A stretch of DNA of 64,000 nucleotides from Myxococcota bacterium (GCA_965228475.1 OZ245817.1:2720001-2784000), one strand, 5' to 3'. Numbered from the stretch's first letter, positions 27,916 through 39,460 are shown. Numbers and translations are program-made. The notes: generated from the letters alone by a model not told the origin.

Positions 27916-30888
27916 CTAGCGCTGCTGCGCGGCGGCGCGCAGCCGCTTCAGGATGTCCGGGCCACGCTCGTGGGCCGGAAGACGGGTGGCGAGCGGGATC
28001 GCCGCCCGGACGAGGGCGCCGCGGTCGGCGCTTCGCTGGCGGGTCAGCACGTCGAGGGCGCCCCAGGCCTTCGCCGGCTCGCCCGCCAGGGCCGCCACGC
28101 GGGCGCGGGCCAGGAGGTCGCGGGCCTCGCGGGTGGCGTCGAGCAACGCGTCGCTGATCGCGAGCCCTTCCCGGCCGAGGGCTTCTTCCCCGCTCGCGAT
28201 CCGCCAGGCGATGCGCGCGCGTTGCGCTTCCTCGTAGAGCAGGTGCGTCGGCTCGAGCCCAGCGAGGACCGGCTCGAGGGCCCGGAGCGCGGCCGGCTCG
28301 CCGGAACGTTCGTGGCCCCAGGCAGCGGTGAGCGCCCGCTCGGCCTCGGTGACCGCGCCGCCGGAATCGCCGCGCGTGGCGAGGAGCAGCCCCTGGCGGG
28401 CGTCGGCGCGGTCCGGCTGCAGCGCGAGGGCCCGCCGGAAGGCCACGGCGGCGGCTTCGGCGTTCCCGGCCTCGAGTTCGGCGAAGCCCTGCCCGACCGC
28501 GCCCGCCGCGCCCGGAACCTCCGCGAACAGGCGGCGGGCCCGCTCGAGCTGGTACGTCACGACGAGCCGGCGCGCGAGCGGTGCCGGTTCGTACGCGGCG
28601 ATCCGCCGCGGGAGCGGGTCGAGCTCGGCGAAGAACGGGTCCACCCAGTGGAAGTTGCCGGAGCCCCCGAAGGCGACCGAGGCCAGACGGTTGTGGTCGT
28701 CCGTGTTCACCGGCGCCCCGGCGGCCATGGCCCGCGCGCCTTCGGTGTCGAGGGCGAGGGCCGGGACGGCATCCTCGACCCGGTAGAGCCCCTCGGCCGC
28801 GAAGCTCTCCGGCGCCCTGCGGATCGCCTCCTCCACGTGGGACAGCACGTCCACGGGCTCGGTCGAGCCGACGAAGAGCAGCGCCGCGGGGACCGGCCGG
28901 TAGACCTCGAGGTTCGGGAAGACCTCGAGCAGCGTCGCGAGCAAGGTCCGCAGCAGGGGCTCGTTGATGAAGCCCACGCCGATCCACTGGGCGAAGACGC
29001 CGCCCGGCGCGAGGTGGTCGCGGACGAGCTCGAAGAACTCCCGGGTGTAGAGGTGCGACGCCCCCGAGGTCCACGGGTGCGAAGGCTGCGAGACGATGGC
29101 GTCGTAACGTTTGTCGGCGAGGGTGAGGGCGCCCCGGGCATCCCCGAGCTTCAGGCGGACGCGCTCCTGGTCGAGGGGCTCGCCGCCGTGGCGCGCAGGA
29201 ACCTTGCGGTTGGCGACGACGACCTCGGGCTCGAGCTCGATCACGTCCACGCGCGCGACGGAACTCGGAACGGCCCCGAGCGTCAGGCCGCCGCCGAGGC
29301 CCACGACGAGCATGTCCTCGGCCCCCGGCCGCGCCATGACCGGAAGCATCGAGAGCCAGCGCACCTCCGAGAAGCGCGTCGGCGGAAGCTCGGGCAGTTC
29401 GATGGCGGATTCCGGCAGGCCGTTGGTCGCCACGCGGTAGGTCGCACCGCTGCGGATCAGCGTCACCGTCGCCGAGCGTCCGACGCCGAGGTAGACGATC
29501 TCGCCCGGGAACGGCTGGCCCGTGAGCACCGAGTTGCGCAGGAGCTGCCAGGGCGGCTCCTGGGGGAGCAGGAGCACCGCCGCCATGCCTGCCGTCGCGA
29601 GGCCGGCGAGCGGTTTGCGGGACGGGCTCGCGAGCCAGGCCGTCGCCGCAGCCAGGCCGAAGTTCAGCGCGACGCCGAGCGCGAGCGTCCCCTCGAGCCC
29701 GAGCCCGGGGAGCAGCGCGAAGCCCGCGAGCACCGCCCCGAGGATCGAACCCACGGTGTTCCATGCGTAGACGCGGGCGCTCACCACCGCCGCGTCCTCG
29801 GCGCTCCCGGCGAAGAGCCGGACCGCGAAGGGGAAGGTCGCGCCGATGCAGAGGGTGAAGGGCAGCAGGTAGCCGCCCGCGAGGAGGATGCCCGGCGCCG
29901 GGTTGCGGGCCGTCGCGCCGAGGCTCGCGGCGAGGGTCGGGAGCTGGTCGGCCGCGGCGAAGGCGATCCACGCGAACACCCCCGTCCCGATCTGCGCGAG
30001 AGCGAAGCCGACCGCCGCGAAGGAACGCGAGCGGGCGAAGCGCGCCGCGATGGCGCTCCCGAGCGCGATCCCGAGCAGGAAGCTCGCGAGCATGGTCGCG
30101 AAGGCGTGGGTGCTGCCGCCGAGGATCTGGCCGAGGAGCCGCGTCCAGAGCACTTCGTAGGCGAAGGAGACGAAGCCCGAGAGCAGGATGACGGGCAGGA
30201 TCCAGTGGAAGCCGTGCTGCTTCGACTCGCTCACGTCGGTCGGCGGGCCCGCCACGCGTGCGAGCAGCGCAGCGGCGACGAAGACGAGCGCATTCGCCGC
30301 CGCCCCGAGCTGCACCGTCGCCCGCAGCCCGAACTCGGGCAGGAAGACGAAGGCGGCGAAGAGCGTCCCCGCGATCGCGCCCGCGGTGTTCACCGCGTAG
30401 AGCACCCCGACGCGCGGACCGATCTGTTCGTCCCGCGAGACGGCGTGCCGGGCCAGCAGCGGGAGCGTCGCGCCCATCAGCGCCGTACAGGGAACGAGCA
30501 CGAGGAAGGTCCCGAGCAGATGGAAGAGCGCGGTGGCGGTGCCGAGGGTCTCGGGCGGGGCTTCGAGCCCGCCGAGCAGCGAGAGATAGACGGCGGAGAC
30601 GGCCCGGATGCCGAAGGGCACGAGCAGCGCCCCCACGGCGATCAGCAGCTCGAGCACGCCGTAGGCCAGGACCGGCCGCTCGATGCGGGCGGCGAGGCGT
30701 CCGGCCACAGCCGCCCCGAGCGCGAGCCCGGCCATGTAGGCCGAGAGCACCGCGGCGATGGCCAGCTCCGAGGTCCCGAAAACGAAGGAGAACTCGCGCG
30801 ACCAGGCCGTCTGGTAGAGCAGCGCCGCGAAGCCGGAGAGAAAGAAGCAGGCGAGGAGCAGCGCGAATCGCGCCCGGTCGGAGTTCAT
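27916..30888 (-). CDS. Fused membrane (MFS-like)/spermidine-synthase-fold protein with a TPR-like tail
   Basis: FFLSGFAALLYQTAW, LYAVNTAGA, VVGLGGG, ELEPEV and LYTREFF motifs. Confidence 0.85.
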   Translation of the reverse strand: MNSDRARFALLLACFFLSGFAALLYQTAWSREFSFVFGTSELAIAAVLSAYMAGLALGAAVAGRLAARIERPVLAYGVLELLIAVGALLVPFGIRAVSAVYLSLLGGLEAPPETLGTATALFHLLGTFLVLVPCTALMGATLPLLARHAVSRDEQIGPRVGVLYAVNTAGAIAGTLFAAFVFLPEFGLRATVQLGAAANALVFVAAALLARVAGPPTDVSESKQHGFHWILPVILLSGFVSFAYEVLWTRLLGQILGGSTHAFATMLASFLLGIALGSAIAARFARSRSFAAVGFALAQIGTGVFAWIAFAAADQLPTLAASLGATARNPAPGILLAGGYLLPFTLCIGATFPFAVRLFAGSAEDAAVVSARVYAWNTVGSILGAVLAGFALLPGLGLEGTLALGVALNFGLAAATAWLASPSRKPLAGLATAGMAAVLLLPQEPPWQLLRNSVLTGQPFPGEIVYLGVGRSATVTLIRSGATYRVATNGLPESAIELPELPPTRFSEVRWLSMLPVMARPGAEDMLVVGLGGGLTLGAVPSSVARVDVIELEPEVVVANRKVPARHGGEPLDQERVRLKLGDARGALTLADKRYDAIVSQPSHPWTSGASHLYTREFFELVRDHLAPGGVFAQWIGVGFINEPLLRTLLATLLEVFPNLEVYRPVPAALLFVGSTEPVDVLSHVEEAIRRAPESFAAEGLYRVEDAVPALALDTEGARAMAAGAPVNTDDHNRLASVAFGGSGNFHWVDPFFAELDPLPRRIAAYEPAPLARRLVVTYQLERARRLFAEVPGAAGAVGQGFAELEAGNAEAAAVAFRRALALQPDRADARQGLLLATRGDSGGAVTEAERALTAAWGHERSGEPAALRALEPVLAGLEPTHLLYEEAQRARIAWRIASGEEALGREGLAISDALLDATREARDLLARARVAALAGEPAKAWGALDVLTRQRSADRGALVRAAIPLATRLPAHERGPDILKRLRAAAQQR

Positions 30889-30994
30889 CGCGCGGCGGGT
30901 CCAGTCCGTTCGTCCGAAGGGTTGCCGGACTCTACCAGACGACGGAAGCGGCCCGCGACGATGCGATCCCGCCCGGCGAGGCGCCCCGATGTCG

Positions 30995-31000
30995 TATCCT
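30995..31000 (+). promoter_or_regulatory. -10 box TATCCT, 7 nt before ATG 31008
   Basis: TANNNT at leaderless spacing. Confidence 0.55.
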
Positions 31001-31007
31001 CCCGGGG

Positions 31008-32225
31008 ATGCCGTACATCAGCGACCGCCGCGTCCACGATGCCGACGCCCACATCATGGAGACCCCGAACTGGCTGCGCGACTACGCGGACCCGGCCCTC
31101 CGGGACCGCATCGCCCCGCCCGGCTACGCGAACGAGCTCAAGCAGACCGGCGAGAGCGGTCGCCCGGCCGATCTCGACGCGGCCTTCGAGCGGCTCGCGG
31201 AGCGCCACCGCTCGGCCGAGTACCGCGCCGACGAGGCCGCCGAGATCATGGGCCGCAAGAACTTCGCCGCCACGGGCTCGTTCCTTCCGGAAGACCGCGG
31301 GCGCGCCATCGACCTCATGGGCGTCGCCAGCCAGCTCGTCTTCAACACGTTCCACAACCGGCGCCTGCACGACTGGGAGCACGGCGACGATCTCGACCTC
31401 GCCTACGGCGTGGCCCGGGCCCACAACCGCGGCATGCTCGAGTTCTGCGCCGCCGACCGCCGCATGCTCGCCACCTGCTACGTGCCGCTGGTCGACTTCG
31501 CGCGCGCGCGCGCCATGGCCGAAGCGTCCCTCGCGGAGGGCGCCGCGGCCCTGCTCGTGGCCTCGGGCTGCCCGAAGGGCCACTCGCCGAGCCATCGTTC
31601 GCTCGACCCGGTCTGGGCCCTGGCCGAGGAGGCCGGCATCCCCATCGTGTTCCACGTCGGCGGCACCGGCGATCTGATCGACCCGGCCTACTTCGAGAAC
31701 GGCCTGCCCGTCCCGCCGGACTTCCACGGCGGCGAGGAGAACTTCCGATCGGTCGACTACATGGGCATTCCCGGCCCGCCCATGCAGACGCTCGCCACGA
31801 TGATCTTCGACGGCGTCCTCGAACGGTTCCCGAACCTCCGCATCGGCGTGATCGAACAGGGCGCGATCTGGCTGCCGAGCTGGATGCGGCAGATGGAATC
31901 CGCGGTCGAGGCCTTCGGCCGCCACGAGGAGCGCCTCCAGCAGCTGTCGCTGCGGCCGAGCGAGTACGTGCGCCGCCAGGTCCGCGTGACGCCCTACCCC
32001 ACCGAGGACGTCGGCTGGATCACCGAGCAGGTCGGTCCCGAGATCTGCCTCTTCTCGACGGACTACCCCCACGTCGAGGGCGGCCGCCGCCCCTACGAAC
32101 GCTTCGATGCGAGCCTCGGCGATGCCGACGCCGCCGTTCGCGAGCGCTTCTACGCCGAGAACTTCATCGACCTGATGGGACGAGGGCTGCCGGCCGAGCT
32201 GGCCCAGGCCCCCGCCCCGAACTGA
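31008..32225 (+). CDS. Amidohydrolase_2 family protein
   Basis: DADAHIME, FHVG and FSTDYPHVEG motifs. Confidence 0.9.
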   Translation: MPYISDRRVHDADAHIMETPNWLRDYADPALRDRIAPPGYANELKQTGESGRPADLDAAFERLAERHRSAEYRADEAAEIMGRKNFAATGSFLPEDRGRAIDLMGVASQLVFNTFHNRRLHDWEHGDDLDLAYGVARAHNRGMLEFCAADRRMLATCYVPLVDFARARAMAEASLAEGAAALLVASGCPKGHSPSHRSLDPVWALAEEAGIPIVFHVGGTGDLIDPAYFENGLPVPPDFHGGEENFRSVDYMGIPGPPMQTLATMIFDGVLERFPNLRIGVIEQGAIWLPSWMRQMESAVEAFGRHEERLQQLSLRPSEYVRRQVRVTPYPTEDVGWITEQVGPEICLFSTDYPHVEGGRRPYERFDASLGDADAAVRERFYAENFIDLMGRGLPAELAQAPAPN

Positions 32226-32256
32226 ATCGAACCGAACACGAGACCAGGAGCCCGCG

Positions 32257-33444
32257 ATGGACCTTTCTTTCACCGACGAACAGCTCGCCTTCCGCGAGGA
32301 AGTCCGCGAGTTCATCCAGACGGCGATGCCGCCCGAGATCAAGCGCAAGGCCGATGCCGGCGCGAGCTTCTCCCAGGCCGAGAGCATGGAGTGGCACAAG
32401 ATCCTGTACGCCAAGGGCTGGGTCGCGCCGAACTGGCCGAAGGAGCTCGGCGGAACCGGCTGGGACACGGGCCAGCGCTTCATCTGGCAGGAAGAGACCG
32501 TCCAGGCCAATTGCCCCGAGCTCTCGCCCTTCGGTCTCACCATGGTCGGGCCGCTGATCATCCAGTACGGCACCGACGAGCAGAAGAAGCGCTTCCTGCC
32601 CCCGATCCTCTCGGGCGAAGAGGTCTGGTGCCAGGGCTACTCCGAGCCCAACGCGGGCTCGGACCTCGCGAACCTCCAGCTCCGCGCCGAGAAGGATGGC
32701 GACGACTACATCCTGAACGGCCAGAAGACCTGGACCACCTACGCCCAGTACGCCGATTGGATCTTCGTCCTGTGCCGCACGAGCACCGAGGGCAAGAAGC
32801 AGGAGGGCATCTCCTTCCTGCTCGCGGACGTGAAGAACACCCCCGGCATCACCGTGAAGCCCTTCCTCACGACGGGCGGCACCGATGCCTTCTCGGAGAC
32901 CTGGTTCCAGGACGCCCGCGTCCCCCAGGCGAACCGCGTCGGCCCGGAGAACGGGGGCTGGAGCATGGCCAAGGCCCTGCTCGGCCACGAGCGCACCGCC
33001 ATCGGCGGCGTCGCCGAGAGCGGACGCTGGCTCGGCCACGTGAAGCGGATCGCCAAGCAGACCCCGGTCGGCACGGGCACGCTCTTCGAGGATCCGGCCT
33101 TCCGCCGCCGCATCGCCGAACACGAGATGCGCTGGCGGGCCGTCTCCATGGCGAACCTGCGCAACCTGGCCTCGGCCCAGCTCGGCCACGCCCCCGGCGC
33201 GGAGAGCTCGATCCTCAAGATCGTGGGCACCGAGATCTACCAGGAGATGACCGAGCTCGCGATGGACGCCCTCGGTCACGGCGCCATGGGCTGGTTCGAC
33301 GCCCCGGAAGAGGCCATGGAGGAGCAGGAGCGCTGGGTCGCCAGCCAGTTCAACTACCTGCGTGCGGCCACGATCTACGGCGGATCGAACGAGATCCAGA
33401 AGAACATCATCTCGAAGCACATCCTGCGGCTTCCGACCCAGTAA
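32257..33444 (+). CDS. Acyl-CoA dehydrogenase (PimC-like subunit)
   Basis: WCQGYSEPNAGSDLA, NGQKTWT and IYGGSNEIQKNII motifs. Confidence 0.93.
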   Translation: MDLSFTDEQLAFREEVREFIQTAMPPEIKRKADAGASFSQAESMEWHKILYAKGWVAPNWPKELGGTGWDTGQRFIWQEETVQANCPELSPFGLTMVGPLIIQYGTDEQKKRFLPPILSGEEVWCQGYSEPNAGSDLANLQLRAEKDGDDYILNGQKTWTTYAQYADWIFVLCRTSTEGKKQEGISFLLADVKNTPGITVKPFLTTGGTDAFSETWFQDARVPQANRVGPENGGWSMAKALLGHERTAIGGVAESGRWLGHVKRIAKQTPVGTGTLFEDPAFRRRIAEHEMRWRAVSMANLRNLASAQLGHAPGAESSILKIVGTEIYQEMTELAMDALGHGAMGWFDAPEEAMEEQERWVASQFNYLRAATIYGGSNEIQKNIISKHILRLPTQ

Positions 33445-33454
33445 GGACGACCCG

Positions 33455-34603
33455 ATGAATTTCGATCTCACGGACGAGCAGCAGATGCTCGTGGATTCGG
33501 TGGCTCAGTTCGTCACGAACGAGTCGAACGCGGAACGCTTCCGCAAGCTGCGCGACGTCGAGCTCGGCTGGGACAAGGCCATGTGGGAGCGCATGGGCGA
33601 GTTCGGCTGGCTCGGCGTGCCCTTCCCCGAGGAGCAGGGCGGCTTCGGCGCGAGCTTCGTGGACCTGGCCCTCGTGCTCGAACAGCTCGGGCGCGGCCTC
33701 GTCCCCGAGCCGATCGTGCCTTCGGTCGTGCTGGCGGGCGGCCTGATCTCGCGGCTCGGAAACCCGGCCCAGGTGGAAGCCTTCCTCGCGCCCATGATCG
33801 AGGGGCGCGAAAGCCTGGCCTTCGCCTACGCGGAGCGGCAGAGCCGCTACGACCTCTCGGACTGCACGACCGCGGCGGAGAAGAGCGGCTCCGGCTGGAC
33901 GCTCCGCGGCGAGAAGGTCTGGGTGCTGAACGGCCACGCCGCCGATCGGATCGTCGTCCTGGCGCGCACGAGCGGCGGCCAGACGGATGCCGAGGGGCTC
34001 TCCCTGTTCGTCGTCGACGCGGATGCCGAGGGGCTCTCCCGCACGAACGTGCGCGGCATGGACGGCCAGCGAAGCGCCCTCCTCCGCTTCGAGGGCGTCG
34101 CGGTCGGCGAGGACCGGCTCCTCGGAAGTGAAGGCGGAGCCCGCCCGCACGTGGAATGGGCGATCGACCGCGGCGCCGCGGCGGCCTGCGCCGAGGGTCA
34201 GGGCGCGATCCAGGAGCTCTTCGAGCGCACCGTCGCCTACCTGAAGGAGCGCAAGCAGTTCGACGTCCCGATCGGGAGCTTCCAGGCGCTCCAGCACCGG
34301 GCCGCGGACATGTTCGCCGAGGTCGAGCTGTGCCGGAGCACGATGATCCTCGCCGCCATCCAGGCCGACGAAGAGGACGAGGACACGCGGCGCGCGGACG
34401 TCTCCGCCGCGAAGCTTCAGCTCTCCCGCGGCGGCTGGCACGTTGCGGAGAACGCGATCCAGCTCTTCGGCGGCATCGGCGTCACCGACGAGCAGGACGA
34501 GGGCCTCTATTTCAAGCGGCTCCGCGTCCTCCAGGGTCTCTACGGGGACGCGGACCACCACATCGATCGCTTCCAGTCGATCGAGAGCTTCGACGAGGCC
34601 TAG
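33455..34603 (+). CDS. Acyl-CoA dehydrogenase (PimD-like partner subunit)
   Basis: RKQFDVPIGSFQALQHR, QLFGGIG and LYGDADHH motifs. Confidence 0.92.
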   Translation: MNFDLTDEQQMLVDSVAQFVTNESNAERFRKLRDVELGWDKAMWERMGEFGWLGVPFPEEQGGFGASFVDLALVLEQLGRGLVPEPIVPSVVLAGGLISRLGNPAQVEAFLAPMIEGRESLAFAYAERQSRYDLSDCTTAAEKSGSGWTLRGEKVWVLNGHAADRIVVLARTSGGQTDAEGLSLFVVDADAEGLSRTNVRGMDGQRSALLRFEGVAVGEDRLLGSEGGARPHVEWAIDRGAAAACAEGQGAIQELFERTVAYLKERKQFDVPIGSFQALQHRAADMFAEVELCRSTMILAAIQADEEDEDTRRADVSAAKLQLSRGGWHVAENAIQLFGGIGVTDEQDEGLYFKRLRVLQGLYGDADHHIDRFQSIESFDEA

Positions 34604-34665
34604 TCGAAAGCTTCGACGCGGCGCGGTCGTTCGCTAGCTTGCGATTTCCATCAGGAGGAACGGTC

Positions 34666-34995
34666 ATGGCAGGGAGTTTCGAACTCAAGCGATCCAAGGA
34701 TCAGTTCATGTGGAACCTGAAGTCGGGGAACGGCCAGATCGTTCTCACGAGCGAGCGGTACAAGACCCGCCGCTCGGCCGAGGCCGGCATCGCGTCCGTG
34801 AAGAAGAACTGCAGCCGCGACGCTTGCTACGACCGCAAGACCACGGCGAGCGGGAAGTACCGCTTCAACCTGCTCTCGACCAACGGCCAGGTCGTCGGCT
34901 CGAGCCAGAACTACGCCTCGGCTTCCGGCCGCAACAACGGCATCGCCTCGGTGAAGAAGAACGCGCGAGGCGCCAAGGTCAAAGACCTGACCTGA
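34666..34995 (+). CDS. yegP: YegP/DUF1508 family protein
   Basis: Two repeats of LxSxNGQxVxxSxxY...GIASVKKN; AGGAGG SD. Confidence 0.9.
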   Translation: MAGSFELKRSKDQFMWNLKSGNGQIVLTSERYKTRRSAEAGIASVKKNCSRDACYDRKTTASGKYRFNLLSTNGQVVGSSQNYASASGRNNGIASVKKNARGAKVKDLT

Positions 34996-35116
34996 CTCCG
35001 GGAGCACCGGACTGCGACGGATCGGGCCGCCCCTGGGCGGCCTGGCCCGTCCCCCCGGCGTCGGCTTCCATCCGCCCACCGAGGAGTGGTAGGATGGCCA
35101 CGCTGGAGGTGTCTCC

Positions 35117-35791
35117 GTGGCGTCCTCGCGACCGACCGGCTTTCACGCCCTGCGCGCTCCCGCCGCCCTGCTCGGCGCGCTGCTCCTCGCCATCGCCAAC
35201 GCGGGCCCGGCCTGCGGCCCGATCCAGGGCATCCAGTTCCTCGAGCCCGCCTCCGAGATGCTCCACACCGCGGGCACGGCCGTCGCCGTCACGGGCCGCA
35301 CCGGCCCGGGCTTCGACCCCGCGACCACGCGCTTCTCGGTCGACGGCGTCGACCTCGTCGCCGCCCTGGGCCTCACGCCGCCCTTCACGGACGCCACGGG
35401 CGACGTCCTGATCGGGGCGACCCTCGTCTCGGTCTCGGGCTTCAGCTACGACCCGAGCGGCCCCGGAGAGATCCCCTTCGCCTTCACGCTCGATGGGCTC
35501 CCCGTCGGGACCCACCAGCTCGAGGCCTTCTCGGAGAAGCTCGCCACCGGAGCACCGACCACGAAGACCCGGGACCTGCGTGTGGTCGGCGGCTTCGAGG
35601 AGAAGCTCGCCACCACGACCTCCGCCGGCCTCGTCGGCGGCTCCGTCGCCACCGGAAGCGCGGGCGTGCTCGCCAATCAGTCCCTCGGTCAGGCCGTCGC
35701 CGCGCCGCCCGCCGCGCTCGCGGGGGGAGGCACCTTGCGATCGGGCCACGTCGAGGCCGTCGAAGAACGCATCTCCGCAGGAGGCCCATGA
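35117..35791 (+). CDS. Exported hypothetical protein, partner of the downstream fibre-like protein
   Basis: Signal/lipobox-like GPA-CGP; C-terminal GGS...SLGQ...LRSG motif; GGAGG SD. Confidence 0.7.
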   Translation: MASSRPTGFHALRAPAALLGALLLAIANAGPACGPIQGIQFLEPASEMLHTAGTAVAVTGRTGPGFDPATTRFSVDGVDLVAALGLTPPFTDATGDVLIGATLVSVSGFSYDPSGPGEIPFAFTLDGLPVGTHQLEAFSEKLATGAPTTKTRDLRVVGGFEEKLATTTSAGLVGGSVATGSAGVLANQSLGQAVAAPPAALAGGGTLRSGHVEAVEERISAGGP

Positions 35792-35794
35792 GCC

Positions 35795-38020
35795 ATGCGC
35801 CAGCCCCTCTCCTTCAGCGTCGCCTTCGCTCTGCTCTTCGCCGTGGGAACCTCCACGGCCGCGCCGCCCTCCGTGCCGGCACAGATCAGCTACCAGGGCG
35901 TCCTGCTCGACGACGTCGGTGTCGCGCGCACCGGCCCCGTCGATCTCACCGTGCGGATCTGGGACGGCCTTCTCGGAAGCGCCGTCCTCGTCTACAAGCA
36001 GGAGCTCTCGGGGGTGGCGCTCGAGCAGGGCGTGTTCTCGATCCAGCTCGGCCCCGCGGGCAGCGCCACGGACACGCCCACCGACCCGCTGACCACCGAC
36101 CTCGCCGCCGCCTTCACGGCGGACCTGACGGCGGCGCCGCAGCGCTTCATCGAGCTCACGGTCGACGGCGACACGGCCCAGACCCGGACCCAGATCCTCT
36201 CGGCACCGCTCGCCTTGCGTGCCCAGAGCGCAGAGACGGCGGATACCGCGACCTCCGCCACGACCGCCGCGACGGCGCTCAACGTGACGAGCGTGAACGG
36301 CCTCGATTCGACCGCCCTGAACGAGATCTTCGAGCACTTCCTCTTCGACGGAAGCAACCCCCCGAACGACGACCCGAGCGAGGGCACCGGCGACACCGAC
36401 GGCGACGGCCTCGCGAACTTCATCGACCCCGACAACGACGACGACGGCATCAGCGACGGCGCGGAACTCGCCCAGGGCACGGACATCAACCTCGTCACGC
36501 CCACCGTCACGGGCGTCAACCCCGCGGTCACCGACTTCGGTTTCGCCGAGACCGTCACCGTCTCGGGCACGAACTTCGAACCGGGCATGTCCGTCGCCTT
36601 CGGCACGCAGAACCCCACGCCGACGAACGTGTCCGGAACCAGCTTCGACGTCACCGTCGGCCCCCAGGCCCAGGGGTTCTTCCCGGACGTCACGGTCACG
36701 AGGACCAACGGCGAGAGCGACACGGCCTCGGGCCTCTTCGAGTTCTCGGGCTTCATGCCGACCGTGCTCACGGCGACCCCGGCCCTGGCCTTCGCCGACG
36801 AGACCGTCAACGTGAGCGTGACCGGGACGAACTTCGTGCCGGGCATCACCGTCACCTTCGGCACCGAGAATCCGGTGCCCTCGAACATCACGCCCACGAG
36901 CTTCGACGTCACCGTCGGGCCCCAGCCGATCGGGCTGGCCTCGATCACCGTGACGCGGCCGAACGGCGTGTCGGGCCTGGGACTCCACCTTTTCGACTTC
37001 CGCGACCCGCTCCAGGGGATCGACTTCCCGCACGGCTCGCCCGGGCCGGTCTCGAGCTTCGACGTCTCCACCGCGGGGATTTCGGTCGTCGGCGACCTGG
37101 TCGACGAGCTCCAGGACCAGACCTGGTCGACGAATGCCCTCATCGACCCGGTGGGGACCCTCGGCGCCTTCGACCTGGCCTTCGACCCGACCGACACGCT
37201 CGGCGGAATCGTGCTCCTCGACCTTCCGGGGGACTGCCGCGTCCAGGCCCGAAAGGATGCGAACGCGAACTTCAAGATCTTCGCCGGCGAGGGCGTGACC
37301 GTCGAAACGCTCACGGGGAGCTGTTCGATCACCTCACCGAGCGCCGACTACCTCGCCAACGGCGGCCTCGTGGGCGCGTACTCACGGGAAGGCAGCGACC
37401 TCGTGGTGATCGCCGACCGCGACAACGACACCGACTTCACGGATCCCGGCGACTACACCGTGGTCGACACCGGGCTGACCTCGGTCCTCGCGGAAGCCGC
37501 AGCCAGCCCGACGGGCCAGGTGGCGGTGGCCTACCGCGCGAACGCCGGCAGCGGCTTCTTCGGCCGCCTGCTCCATGACCGCAACGGCGACGGCGACTTC
37601 GACGATGCCGACGAGGACCTGACGCTGCCGACCACGAACAGCCTCGATTGCCTCGACGTCGCCTTCGACCCCTCGGGCCGGATCGGCGTCCTCTACCAAG
37701 AAGACCAGGCCAGCCACGCCACGCTGCTGCAGGATCGCAACGACGACGGCGACTTCGACGATGCAGGCGAGAACCAGACCTTCGGAACCGTGGGGGGTAC
37801 CCAGTGCGCCCTCACGAGCATCCCGACGGGCTTCGCCCTCGTCCACGACGCATCGGGCGTCTACTCGGTCCTCAAGGACCTCGATGATGACGGAGACTTC
37901 GACTCCCCCGGAGAGGGAGTGACGATCACGATGCCGGTCAGCACCAGCACCAACCTCGCCGCTGATGCCACGGGGCAGCTCTACATCGGGACGCCGACGT
38001 TCGTGAACCTGCGGCCCTAG
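35795..38020 (+). CDS. Secreted modular surface/fibre-like protein (YQG head domain, 2 IPT/TIG domains, Ca-binding Asp repeats)
   Basis: Signal peptide; ISYQGVL...GVFSIQLG...SAPLALRA; two GTNF.PG..V.FG..NP repeats; four DxxxDxDFxxxxE-like loops. Confidence 0.8.
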   Translation: MRQPLSFSVAFALLFAVGTSTAAPPSVPAQISYQGVLLDDVGVARTGPVDLTVRIWDGLLGSAVLVYKQELSGVALEQGVFSIQLGPAGSATDTPTDPLTTDLAAAFTADLTAAPQRFIELTVDGDTAQTRTQILSAPLALRAQSAETADTATSATTAATALNVTSVNGLDSTALNEIFEHFLFDGSNPPNDDPSEGTGDTDGDGLANFIDPDNDDDGISDGAELAQGTDINLVTPTVTGVNPAVTDFGFAETVTVSGTNFEPGMSVAFGTQNPTPTNVSGTSFDVTVGPQAQGFFPDVTVTRTNGESDTASGLFEFSGFMPTVLTATPALAFADETVNVSVTGTNFVPGITVTFGTENPVPSNITPTSFDVTVGPQPIGLASITVTRPNGVSGLGLHLFDFRDPLQGIDFPHGSPGPVSSFDVSTAGISVVGDLVDELQDQTWSTNALIDPVGTLGAFDLAFDPTDTLGGIVLLDLPGDCRVQARKDANANFKIFAGEGVTVETLTGSCSITSPSADYLANGGLVGAYSREGSDLVVIADRDNDTDFTDPGDYTVVDTGLTSVLAEAAASPTGQVAVAYRANAGSGFFGRLLHDRNGDGDFDDADEDLTLPTTNSLDCLDVAFDPSGRIGVLYQEDQASHATLLQDRNDDGDFDDAGENQTFGTVGGTQCALTSIPTGFALVHDASGVYSVLKDLDDDGDFDSPGEGVTITMPVSTSTNLAADATGQLYIGTPTFVNLRP

Positions 38021-38029
38021 GCCTGCGGA

Positions 38030-39355
<1,326 letters not shown>

Positions 39356-39446
39356 GGCATCTCCTCACGGGCCCGCACTGGGTCTCGGCCCGTGTCTCGA
39401 CGGTACGGGTTCGGCCGATGCGATGCCATTCCACCGGCCGGGCTGG

Positions 39447-39452
39447 TAGAGT
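39447..39452 (+). promoter_or_regulatory. -10 box TAGAGT, 8 nt before ATG 39461
   Basis: TGG-TAGAGT at leaderless spacing. Confidence 0.5.
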
Positions 39453-39460
39453 CCGCTCCC

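Noticed and set aside
27700..31677. Very long alternative ORFs (1325 aa here; also 40768-44289, 39917-43159 and 16653-19388)
   Set aside because: Arg/Gly/Pro-rich shadow frames of well-supported genes, expected at high GC.
35025..35042. GC hairpin after yegP as an intrinsic terminator
   Set aside because: No U-tract, and such stems are common by chance at this GC content.
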